25,633 bases of DNA from Candidatus Nanohaloarchaea archaeon (lineage in GTDB: Archaea; Nanohalarchaeota; Nanosalinia; Nanosalinales; Nanosalinaceae), in the NCBI GenBank assembly GCA_042217695.1, contig JBDGSE010000010.1, positions 1 through 25,633 on the forward strand. The letters run 5' to 3'. Positions 18,097-25,633 of the stretch are shown in pieces. The position numbers were made by a program, and so were the translations under genes. Below the pieces are notes generated by a model. The model was not told the origin of the DNA. It saw only the letters and a program-made list of their open reading frames with translations, and ran no database searches. Positions within the stretch are counted from its first letter, which is position 1; each line of letters opens with the position of its first letter.

Positions 18097-18429
18097 CTAC
18101 TGGCCCATGTTCTGGGTTATCTGGCTCTGTGCGTCTTCCAGTTTATCCCGGAGCTGGTCCTCCTTCTTCTCGAGACTCTGCTTTCTTACTTCCAGGTCTT
18201 CCTTTTTCTCCTCGAGGTCGTCGACGAGTGTGTCGCGATCCTTGGCGACAAAGATCTCTCCTACTTCCTGGTATACCTGTCCTTCCTCTTCTTTTTCAAG
18301 TTCTTCCAGGGCCTTCTTGATCCCCTGTACCTCGGTCTCGGTTTCTTCTTTCTGCGTCATTACCTGCTGGAGCTGCTGCTGTGTCTGCTGCATCTCCATC
18401 ATCATCTGCTGTGGGTCTTGGTCTGACAT
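18097..18429 (-). CDS. pfdB: Prefoldin subunit beta
   Basis: QQQLQQVMTQK...ALEELEK...VYQEVGEIFV coiled coil/hairpin pattern; SD AGGTGA before ATG 18429. Confidence 0.92.
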   Translation of the reverse strand: MSDQDPQQMMMEMQQTQQQLQQVMTQKEETETEVQGIKKALEELEKEEEGQVYQEVGEIFVAKDRDTLVDDLEEKKEDLEVRKQSLEKKEDQLRDKLEDAQSQITQNMGQ

Positions 18430-18454
18430 AGGTTGATTCACCTGTAGTACTTTT

Positions 18455-18661
18455 TTAACGCTCGTGTATCCTCTTCGCCAGGCTTGCAAGCCTGAATACG
18501 GTGTCGGTGGCGCCCCTCAGCGCTCCAAGGCTTTCTGCCTCGACCTCCACGGTCATGGGGTCTCCGCCTGTGACAGAGTACTTTACCCTGTTCCGGGATT
18601 CCAGACTTAACTCGAGGGTCTGGGCGATCCCCGGGTTCTCGATCTCGAGCCGGGACCTCAT
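18455..18661 (-). CDS. pcc1: KEOPS complex subunit Pcc1
   Basis: VEVEAESLGALRGATDTVFRL motif; canonical position between rpoP and pfdB. Confidence 0.8.
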   Translation of the reverse strand: MRSRLEIENPGIAQTLELSLESRNRVKYSVTGGDPMTVEVEAESLGALRGATDTVFRLASLAKRIHER

Positions 18662-18795
18662 ATGGCCTGAACGGTCTCTGGGTCTTCAGACCTTTTCTTG
18701 AGGAGTACCCTGTGCGAGCACTGCGGACAGATAACCTTCTCCTCTACCGGGTCGATGTCCACTTCTTCCTCGCAGTTCACACATACATAGCTCAT
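18658..18795 (-). CDS. rpoP: DNA-directed RNA polymerase subunit P (Rpo12)
   Basis: YVCVNC...ICPQCSHRVLLKKR zinc ribbon; ATG 18795. Confidence 0.93.
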   Translation of the reverse strand: MSYVCVNCEEEVDIDPVEEKVICPQCSHRVLLKKRSEDPETVQAI

Positions 18796-18844
18796 TACGC
18801 GAAACACCTCTTCTGTGTAAGCCGAAAATCTTCGATTTTCACTT

Positions 18845-19138
18845 TCATTCTTCACCCTCTATCTCGTCTTTTGCTTCCTCCAGTTCTTCTACCGCGACCT
18901 CTGTCTGGAGGGCCTTTTTCAGCATCTCTTTTGCTCCGGTGTCCATCCTGTAGGCACCGCCTGCGGCCTTGTTACCGCATTTCTGGCATTCCCAGATACC
19001 TGCCGCGGTCCGTTTCACTTCCGAGGAACCGCATTCCGGACACTCTGCGTCCCTGGACTCGGCTTCGTCGACGTTCTTCCTTATCCGGCTTCCGTAACGG
19101 GAGCCAAACCTCTTCGATGATCTGTTTTTTCTGGCCAT
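18845..19138 (-). CDS. rpl37ae: 50S ribosomal protein L37Ae (eL43) with acidic C-terminal tail
   Basis: RFGSRYGSRIRK, CPECG, VKRTAAGIWECQKCG, AGGAY. Confidence 0.95.
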   Translation of the reverse strand: MARKNRSSKRFGSRYGSRIRKNVDEAESRDAECPECGSSEVKRTAAGIWECQKCGNKAAGGAYRMDTGAKEMLKKALQTEVAVEELEEAKDEIEGEE

Positions 19139-19177
19139 CTCTATCACGCTATAAAGGAAAAAAGGGAGGAAACCTTT

Positions 19178-19969
19178 TTATTCTCCCGTGGCCTCCATGA
19201 GTTTCTCACGGAGCATGCCGGTTTTCTCTTCCGCCTGATCCATCGCTTCACGGATCTCTTCCTGTGTGTAGGGCGCGGTCTCTCCCTTCTGCATCGCCAC
19301 GACGTTGCCGTCCTGGTTGAAGGTCACTGTCAGTCTTGCGTCCTGGGCCTTTTCCTCCTCCCGGGTCGGGTCCCAGACCACTTCACCGGAGATCTTTCTC
19401 GCGGTGGCGGTAACAGTGACGTCCTGCAGCGGGATGTCCCGGTCCTTCTCTCCCCGGACGAGTTCTCCTGTCTCCTCGTCGTACTCGGGTATGTAGCCGG
19501 TCATGAGTGATGCCATCGCTCCGAGAGCGGAGGCATCTATCAGGTTGCCGTCGTCGTTGAGGACGTGCACGTCGATGAAGAGAGTGATGACTTTCTCGCC
19601 CTCCTCGATGCAGAGGTCTTCAAGGTCAACGGCTTCTGCCTCACGGATTCCGCGGTCGACGACTCTTGCGAGCTCGACGCCGGGTTCCTGTGGAGGCCCT
19701 GATTCGAATTCCCGGGCCGCCATCGGTGCCAGCTCGGCGTTTGTCACCAGTGTGCCCTGTGCGGGCCGGTCGGAGTAGGGTTCCTCGACAGAGGCCTTCA
19801 GTCCGACCACTACCTGGGTGTCGCCGATGGATACTTTGGCGGAGCCTTCGGCGGTCTCGTTGATGTAGTCCGTCTCTATCTCGATGTCCCTGTACTCGTC
19901 CAGGTCTCTGCCGTCGAGGCGGTCGCCGTCCTTCACCATGTCCTTGATGGTGCGGGTGTTAAGTTTCAT
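19178..19969 (-). CDS. rrp42: Exosome complex component Rrp42
   Basis: RLDGRDLDEYR, AEGSA, ELARVVDRGIRE, DDGNLIDA, VAMQKG. Confidence 0.95.
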   Translation of the reverse strand: MKLNTRTIKDMVKDGDRLDGRDLDEYRDIEIETDYINETAEGSAKVSIGDTQVVVGLKASVEEPYSDRPAQGTLVTNAELAPMAAREFESGPPQEPGVELARVVDRGIREAEAVDLEDLCIEEGEKVITLFIDVHVLNDDGNLIDASALGAMASLMTGYIPEYDEETGELVRGEKDRDIPLQDVTVTATARKISGEVVWDPTREEEKAQDARLTVTFNQDGNVVAMQKGETAPYTQEEIREAMDQAEEKTGMLREKLMEATGE

Positions 19970-20700
19970 TCAGATTCACCTCTTATTGACTCGTACTTTT
20001 CTAGAATGGTTTTCCTCTGTTGCTCGTGCAGGGTCCGGCATCCATCTTTCGCCATCTCCAGGCATTCCTCGACCTGGTCCTTGGTGAGGTCCCCGTCCAT
20101 CTGGAGCAGGGTTATCTCCTCCTCTCCGTTGACGAGGGCGATGGGGATGTCGGCGTTCCCTTTCTTGTCCTCGACTCCGTTGACGTCGAGAACTACTTCG
20201 CCGTCCACGACTCCTGCGGCGCAGGACGAGACAAGTCCCTTCATCGGGATGCCTGCGTCCGCGACTGCGAGTGCCGCAGCCGTGATCCCTGTTGCTCTTG
20301 TACCTCCATCGGATTCTACGACCTCCATGGAGATATCGATCCCTGCGTTGGGGTATCTTTCAAGTTCTATGACGGGTTCAAGCGCCTTCTTGGCCACGAG
20401 ACCGATCTCCTTTGCTCTCCGGTTCGGTCCAGGTCTCATCCTGTCGTCCACGGAGAAGGGAGCCATGTTGTACCGCATCTTTATGACCGCTCTATCGGCC
20501 TCCTGAAGGTGCTTCGGGTGGAGTTCCTGTGGTCCGAACACTGATGCGACCACCCGGGTGTTGCCTACCTCGACCATCGCGGAACCGTCCGCCTCGTCGA
20601 GCACCCCGATCTCCATCGAAGTTTCTCTTAACTCGTCTTTTTCTCTTCCGTCGACACGTTTACCGTCTTCGTCGAAAAACTCTACTTCTTCTTCGCTCAT
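19966..20700 (-). CDS. rrp41: Exosome complex exonuclease Rrp41
   Basis: RVDGR, ADGSA, YNMAPFS, NRRAKEI, DGGTR and VLD...ED...AD catalytic motifs; SD AGGTGA before ATG 20700. Confidence 0.95.
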   Translation of the reverse strand: MSEEEVEFFDEDGKRVDGREKDELRETSMEIGVLDEADGSAMVEVGNTRVVASVFGPQELHPKHLQEADRAVIKMRYNMAPFSVDDRMRPGPNRRAKEIGLVAKKALEPVIELERYPNAGIDISMEVVESDGGTRATGITAAALAVADAGIPMKGLVSSCAAGVVDGEVVLDVNGVEDKKGNADIPIALVNGEEEITLLQMDGDLTKDQVEECLEMAKDGCRTLHEQQRKTILEKYESIRGESE

Positions 20701-20701
20701 C

Positions 20702-21385
20702 TTATTCACCTTTCTGTTCGTCAAGCCAGTCCCCGATTTTCTCTGTTAGTCCCCGGATGTGGGCCTCTCTTTCTACCTTCTTGACTGCTCGAGCTGCGAG
20801 GTTAGGGTTGTCCCCGGAGATCCAGACCTGGCCGTTCTGACCGACTATGATGTTGCATCCGGTCTTCTCGTTGATCTGCTTGACCATGGTACCTTTCTTC
20901 CCTATGACTCTCGGGACCTTGGAGGGTGCGATCTCGATGATGCGTCCACCGTGAAGTTTCTTGCATCTCCTGTCCTTCATGGTCAGGTCGACGTCCATCG
21001 ACTCCGAAACGGAATCGACTTTGACGACTATCGCGTCTCCCACCTCGAAGTAGTCGGTAAGGTCTTCCTCGTCAAGGTCGACGTACTCCTCGGAGGCTTC
21101 TGAGATCCCTAGAGCGCCGTCGTATGGAGAGTTCAGATCGACAGTCCACCGCGAGTAACTTACCCGGGAGACCTCGCCGATAACTACGTCGCCCTCGGAG
21201 GGGATGTAACGGCCGGACATCGGCACTACTTCGATGCCCTGCCCGCTGTACCTTACAACTCCAGCGTACTTGGAATAGATTTTGTCTTCTTCATCGTAGG
21301 TGCCGGAGTCCGCGTACATCTCGTCTCCATCGTACACAAGGTCTCCGGGCACCACTAGATCGTTTTCATCTTTTACACGCGACAT
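20702..21385 (-). CDS. rrp4: Exosome complex RNA-binding protein Rrp4
   Basis: VVPGD, YIPSEGDVVIG (S1), KVPRVIGKKG and VGQNG (KH), AHIRGLT. Confidence 0.95.
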   Translation of the reverse strand: MSRVKDENDLVVPGDLVYDGDEMYADSGTYDEEDKIYSKYAGVVRYSGQGIEVVPMSGRYIPSEGDVVIGEVSRVSYSRWTVDLNSPYDGALGISEASEEYVDLDEEDLTDYFEVGDAIVVKVDSVSESMDVDLTMKDRRCKKLHGGRIIEIAPSKVPRVIGKKGTMVKQINEKTGCNIIVGQNGQVWISGDNPNLAARAVKKVEREAHIRGLTEKIGDWLDEQKGE

Positions 21386-21475
21386 GAATATTACCTCTTA
21401 TTGTGGAATTGCATTCTGCAAGAGAATGGTCTTTATAACCAAGACAGCGACAGGAATTCTTTTATACCTGCTGTT

Positions 21476-22156
21476 CTATACTTCCTCGGTCATCTCGGTC
21501 TTTCCTCCGGATATCTCCTGCAGCTCCTCCAGGAGGTCGCTCATCATCCCTGCCGGCATCCTTATCTTGGCGAAGAGGTACTCGTTACCCCACTGTTCCT
21601 CGAGTATGTCAGCTTTTTTCTTCAGCAGGTCGTAAGCTTTCCCGGAGACATCGTTCGGTACCTTGATGGCGGCAGTCTTCTCCTCGAGGGAGATAGGGAT
21701 TATCGGCCTTATCATCTCAACCGCCTCCTGGAACTGTTCCTCGACATCCTTCATGGCGTCCGCGTTGAAACCTGCCTCTTCAAGGGCGTTCTCGACCCTC
21801 TGCGGCGGGTGCGGGTTCCCGGTCTTGGGATCCATGGCCCTGCGGGAGATCATGGAGACCACCTTTTTGAACTTTTCTTCACGCATCTCACGCTTCTGCT
21901 CGGTCGTGAGCTGCATATCGCCTTTCTCGAATATCTCCTCCGCGACGTCCATGACCTGCCGGGTGCCGAACTCTTCCTCGAGTTCGTCTGCTGACGCTCT
22001 CTCTCCTTTGTCGGCGTCCGTGAAGACATCCTGGACGAAGAGAAGCCGCTGTATGTCGTGTTCCCTGTCCTCGAACTTGACCTCCTTTGCCAGGTCCGGA
22101 TCGACAAGTATCTCGTATTCGCCTTTACGCACGCGGATGGCGTCGGAAGTATCCAT
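21476..22156 (-). CDS. Ribosome maturation factor SBDS/SDO1
   Basis: EILVDPD, VFTDADKGERAS, GDMQLTTEQKR, DPKTGNPHPPQRVENA. Confidence 0.95.
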   Translation of the reverse strand: MDTSDAIRVRKGEYEILVDPDLAKEVKFEDREHDIQRLLFVQDVFTDADKGERASADELEEEFGTRQVMDVAEEIFEKGDMQLTTEQKREMREEKFKKVVSMISRRAMDPKTGNPHPPQRVENALEEAGFNADAMKDVEEQFQEAVEMIRPIIPISLEEKTAAIKVPNDVSGKAYDLLKKKADILEEQWGNEYLFAKIRMPAGMMSDLLEELQEISGGKTEMTEEV

Positions 22157-22252
22157 GATAGGGAATTTGGACCGCAGACTTAAGACATTTTTACTCCAGA
22201 GTTGTCGTTACTGACCGATAACTATAAAATATTTGGTTGTGGTCGTGTACAT

Positions 22253-22819
22253 ATGACGCCGGGAGACGACTACCAGGTGCTGGTGGTAGACGATCACAGC
22301 GACTTTGCCGACCTGATGGGCGAATGGATAGAACGCTACGACAGCTCCTACGATGTGGAAATCGCCTACAGCGGCGAGGAAGCCTGTGAAAAGGTGAACG
22401 AAGACACCGACCTGGTGTTTCTCGACAGGGATATGCCTGGCACGACCGGGGACGAGGTCCTGGAACGTATGAGGGAGGAGGGATACGATTCCCGTGTAGT
22501 AATGGTTACCGGCCTTGAACCCACGGAGAACATAGCGGAGATGGATTTTGACGATTACCTGTTGAAGACGGTTGACGAGTACCAGGTCGCCGATAAACTT
22601 GAACGGATGAAGTCCCTCGACGAGGTTGACGAGGAACTCCGTGAACTCTACAGCCTGACACAGAAGATAGTTAGCCTGCAGATGAGTTCCGAGGTGGATA
22701 CACCGTCCAGCGAGGCCTACAGAGATCTCGTCGAGAGAAGGGATAGACTCCGGGAAGACCTTGGAGAAGATATGGAGTCCATAGATTTCGATACTGCTAT
22801 CCGGCTGCTTGAAAGCTAG
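22253..22819 (+). CDS. Response regulator (REC plus HalX-type helical domain)
   Basis: VLVVDD, phospho-acceptor FLDRDMP, MVTG, DDYLLK and a C-terminal ELYSLTQKIVSL...EAYRDL; TATAAAAT about 30 bp before ATG 22253. Confidence 0.88.
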   Translation: MTPGDDYQVLVVDDHSDFADLMGEWIERYDSSYDVEIAYSGEEACEKVNEDTDLVFLDRDMPGTTGDEVLERMREEGYDSRVVMVTGLEPTENIAEMDFDDYLLKTVDEYQVADKLERMKSLDEVDEELRELYSLTQKIVSLQMSSEVDTPSSEAYRDLVERRDRLREDLGEDMESIDFDTAIRLLES

Positions 22820-23175
22820 AGGTAGGCTTCTTCACCGAAATAGTTGCTGGGCAGACGGTAGTAAACCCAGTTATCGGGGCCGTACGCGATCGCGTCAAGT
22901 ATCACGAACGCTGCGACCATCAGGACTGTGGTGATACTCCCCGATAGAACCGACAGCAGAGTAGTGAGACCTCTCAAACCCAGTGCATCGTACATACGGG
23001 GTATCGCCAGTACAATGAAACCGACCATCACCAGCTGGAACGCTATCCTGACGTCTAGAGACTTGAAACTCAACCGGGCGTAGACCTCCTCTCTCTTCCT
23101 GTGGATCTGGAACACCAGCAGACCTGAGAGGACTGCGAGCGGCAGGGTCAGGAAGAATCCTATCCACGTTCCCAT
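22816..23175 (-). CDS. Small 3-TM membrane protein
   Basis: SD GGAGGTG before ATG 23175; three hydrophobic segments. Confidence 0.7.
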   Translation of the reverse strand: MGTWIGFFLTLPLAVLSGLLVFQIHRKREEVYARLSFKSLDVRIAFQLVMVGFIVLAIPRMYDALGLRGLTTLLSVLSGSITTVLMVAAFVILDAIAYGPDNWVYYRLPSNYFGEEAYL

Positions 23176-23477
23176 GGCTTGACACCTCCTGCAAGGGCGT
23201 TCAGTAGAAGGAAGAACACGAACCACAGTACAAGTGCGGCGTCAAAAGACAGTCTTAGAGCCATTTCACGTCCCGTCGCCGAGAAATAGGTTCCCAGTGT
23301 GAGGGCCACCGAACCCAGGAAAGCAAGTGAGAACAGGAAAGTTGTAAGTCCCTCATTAAGCTTCAGCATGGTGGTCGCCGTGTACTCATTTCCCACCCAT
23401 CGGGCCTGGAACTGGTGGACAAGGTAAGCGGTGAGGAGCATCCCCAGAACTATAACCGTGTCCTTCAGCACCAGCAT
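23160..23477 (-). CDS. Small 3-TM membrane protein
   Basis: Three hydrophobic segments; overlaps the next gene; start uncertain (23477 chosen). Confidence 0.65.
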   Translation of the reverse strand: MLVLKDTVIVLGMLLTAYLVHQFQARWVGNEYTATTMLKLNEGLTTFLFSLAFLGSVALTLGTYFSATGREMALRLSFDAALVLWFVFFLLLNALAGGVKPWERG

Positions 23478-23527
23478 GGATGAAATATAAGGAAGGAGGG
23501 AATAAATACCCTGCGCCTGCACCGGTT

Positions 23528-24238
23528 CTAGATCTCGATGCCGCGCTCCTTGAGTTCCTCGGGGCTGAGACGCTGGAAATCGTTCTCTGTATCGACCACC
23601 GATAACTCGATGTTCTCCAGCTCGATGTCCTCTTCCCCTGCCTTCAGCGCCTCGACTGAAAGCTCGATGGCGGACTGTTCCTCCATTTCCTCCTCCCAGT
23701 TACTTTCGAGGTGGGAACGCGCGTCTTCACCGCCTTTACCGATTGCGACAGCGTTCCACTGGGAGAGAGTTCCTGAAGGATCGGTCTGGTAAACTTCCGG
23801 TTCACCGTCTTTTACACCACCGGAAACCGTCGCGACACCGTACGGGCGTACACCGCCGTACTGCGTGAACTGCTGGCATCTGTCCGACAGGAACTTGGCC
23901 AGCGAGTTAGGAGGGATATCCTCATCGTAGGTCATGAGGTACCTCTGTGCCTCGTTGCGGGCCTCCTCTACAAGCGTCCTGCCGTCGGCCACGAGCCCCG
24001 AGGTCGCGACCCCGATATGGGAGTCGATCTTGAACACTTTCTCCGGGTTCCTTACCTGCAGCTCCGGGGTGGATCGAGTGGCCGCAAGTACGACCCCGTT
24101 CTCGAACACGACTCCGAGAGCTGTAGCGCCTTTTTTAACTGCTTCTTTAGCGTATTCTACCTGGAACAGTCGACCATCAGGAGAGAAAATCGTGATTCCC
24201 CGGTCGTACTGCGCCTGTTGCTGGTTAGTCATCTGCAT
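23528..24238 (-). CDS. psmA: Proteasome subunit alpha
   Basis: YDRGITIFSPDGRLFQVEYA, SGLVADGR, TQYGGVRPYG, TDPSG. Confidence 0.97.
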   Translation of the reverse strand: MQMTNQQQAQYDRGITIFSPDGRLFQVEYAKEAVKKGATALGVVFENGVVLAATRSTPELQVRNPEKVFKIDSHIGVATSGLVADGRTLVEEARNEAQRYLMTYDEDIPPNSLAKFLSDRCQQFTQYGGVRPYGVATVSGGVKDGEPEVYQTDPSGTLSQWNAVAIGKGGEDARSHLESNWEEEMEEQSAIELSVEALKAGEEDIELENIELSVVDTENDFQRLSPEELKERGIEI

Positions 24239-24352
24239 TTACGAGTCACCTTTAGAAACGTATAACTAAACATATACTTGGAAGATTTATTAACCTGTCC
24301 CGCCTCTTGGACCCGGCCGAATAATAACTTTTAACTCGAAACACTTCGACCC

Positions 24353-25093
24353 ATGGCCACGGACCCGCACACCCACACCACCTACTCTGACGGAGAGTTT
24401 CCAGAGGCGATGGCCTCGGCCGCGGAAGAACACGGGCTGGACGGCATAGGTTTCGCGGACCACCTGCTGCCCGGGCTTGACGAAAGAAGGCAACACTACG
24501 GCATGAACATGGATATCCCCGAGGTACGGGAAAGACGGTCGGAAGCCATCGAGAAGATGAGGGACGAGTACAGTATACAGATATGGGACGCCGCCGAGAT
24601 AGACTACCTTCCGGGGATAGAGCTCGAGGAAACTCTGCGGAACACGGACTTCGACTACGTTCTTGGGAGCGTCCACTACCTCGACGGAGACCACGTGCTC
24701 GCGGAAAGACATTTCTCAGGCCTCGATAAGGGACAGCGGGAACAGAAAGTAGACCAGTACTTTGACTCGCTGGTGGACATGGTGGAATCTGAGCTGTTCG
24801 ATGTAGCCGCACATCCCGATGCGATCGAGAACAACCAGTACCTCGAACCGCTGGTCACTGAAGAACACTACGACCGGCTCTTCCAGGCCTTCCGTCGCTC
24901 GGACACTTTACCAGAGATAAACGCCGCGAAGGCCCTGGAACCCGAGACCTCGTTCTACAGAAGGTGGAGGGACGAGGACCTAGAGTTCTCCTTTGGAACT
25001 GACGCGCACTCCCCGTCAGAACTGGAGGAGAGAAACAGGCTGCGGGAGGGCCTGGAATCAGAACCCGTTCCAGTAGAGGAATTCACGGGTTAA
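24353..25093 (+). CDS. PHP-family phosphoesterase (histidinol-phosphatase HisK/HisJ-like)
   Basis: DPHTHTTYSDG, FADH, DYVLGSVH, AAHPD, EIN, GTDAH. Confidence 0.88.
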   Translation: MATDPHTHTTYSDGEFPEAMASAAEEHGLDGIGFADHLLPGLDERRQHYGMNMDIPEVRERRSEAIEKMRDEYSIQIWDAAEIDYLPGIELEETLRNTDFDYVLGSVHYLDGDHVLAERHFSGLDKGQREQKVDQYFDSLVDMVESELFDVAAHPDAIENNQYLEPLVTEEHYDRLFQAFRRSDTLPEINAAKALEPETSFYRRWRDEDLEFSFGTDAHSPSELEERNRLREGLESEPVPVEEFTG

Positions 25094-25192
25094 AGAAAGC
25101 CTTTTTTAGTTTGCCCATTCACCTATTCAACGTTAACCCACTGAAGTCCATGCAGTTCGCATGGTCTGTGATGATCGAACTTTCAGAAGTTC

Positions 25193-25382
25193 GGACCACT
25201 AGCTCAGGGGTTAGAGCACCGTCCTTATAAGGACCCCACGCTGAAATCACTGCCGAAAGGCCAGCGTGGTGGCCTCCAAAAGCGCCAGCTTGCTGGCTCC
25301 GGTCGTAGACCGGAAGATCTGCAAACTGGATCGCCAGTTTTGAGAGAGGCGGCGGTCCCGGGTTCGAATCCCGGGTGGTCCA
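25193..25382 (+). tRNA. tRNA-Ile(UAU) with a 117-nt intron at canonical position 37/38
   Basis: Acceptor GGACCAC/GTGGTCC plus A73, D arm GCTC/GAGC, anticodon stem CCGTC/GGCGG, anticodon TAT at 25226-25228, T arm CCGGG-TTCGAAT-CCCGG. CCA is not encoded. Confidence 0.9.
25230..25346 (+). other. tRNA intron with bulge-helix-bulge junction
   Basis: Central helix CUUA (32-35) pairs with UGAG (25341-25344). The 3-nt bulges are UA^A and AG^A, and the outer helix is GGAC/GUUU. Confidence 0.85.
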
Positions 25383-25432
25383 TCCCTGCGGGATGAAAAA
25401 CCGGTTTCGAACATAGAAAAATTGTTTTCGCA

Positions 25433-25452
25433 TTCGGATCCCGGGTGGTCCA
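25433..25452 (+). repeat. Direct repeat of the tRNA 3' end (att-like)
   Basis: TTCGGATCCCGGGTGGTCCA versus TTCGAATCCCGGGTGGTCCA at 25363-25382 (19/20 identical). Confidence 0.85.
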
Positions 25453-25608
25453 ACTCATTAACCGTTCGTTGGACTCCCATCCACTAAACCACGGGTTTCT
25501 GGAAGGGGTCCGACCGTGGAAGGGGTCGCTGGCCTAGTTCCAGAGGATTTTCAGGGCTTTTCCACGGTAAATAGTAGTTTTTTTATTCGGCGGAGAGACT
25601 GTAGGTTT

Positions 25609-25633
25609 ATGGAGTATCTGTTGATACTGATGG
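25609..25633 (+). CDS. Possible start of a truncated gene (MEYLLILM...)
   Basis: ATG about 30 bp after a TTTTTTTAT tract and a hydrophobic start; only 8 codons are visible. Confidence 0.3.

Noticed and set aside
24353..25093. PHP protein as RNase P subunit Rpp30, given its position next to psmA
   Set aside because: It is on the opposite strand and keeps a full HisK-type metal-binding motif set that Rpp30 lacks.
25230..25346. Intron as hammerhead ribozyme, C/D guide or H/ACA guide
   Set aside because: CTGA and GAAA are present, but the CUGANGA core, a box C and a terminal ACA are not.
25119..25480. Minus-strand ORFs over the tRNA
   Set aside because: Antisense to a well-formed tRNA, with non-acidic and implausible translations.

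Overview
Archaeal chromosomal segment with a strongly acidic (salt-in) proteome. It encodes a complete exosome core, which Halobacteria lack, and uses ATA codons often, so it is most likely a DPANN halophile such as a nanohaloarchaeon (inference). From left to right it holds: a partial Tat-type lipoprotein; two large translationally coupled Cys-rich secreted proteins; rad50-mre11; a divergent pair resembling an ImmA/IrrE-type metallopeptidase and a winged-helix protein, with a palindrome in the shared promoter; proS; psmB and aCPSF1; a small membrane/soluble gene pair; an SDR; a coiled-coil protein; and a frameshifted wHTH-like remnant. Next is the exosome/proteasome superoperon (psmA, SBDS, rrp4, rrp41, rrp42, rpl37ae, rpoP, pcc1, pfdB, UPF0147, sepF), interrupted by a REC-HalX regulator and two 3-TM proteins. 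The window ends with a PHP hydrolase and a rare tRNA-Ile(UAU) carrying a 117-nt multi-hairpin intron, followed by a repeat of its own 3' end. The best leads are the possible protease/repressor switch facing mre11-rad50, the tRNA-Ile(UAU) intron, and the two-partner surface proteins. All family calls are from motif recognition by eye; no searches were run.
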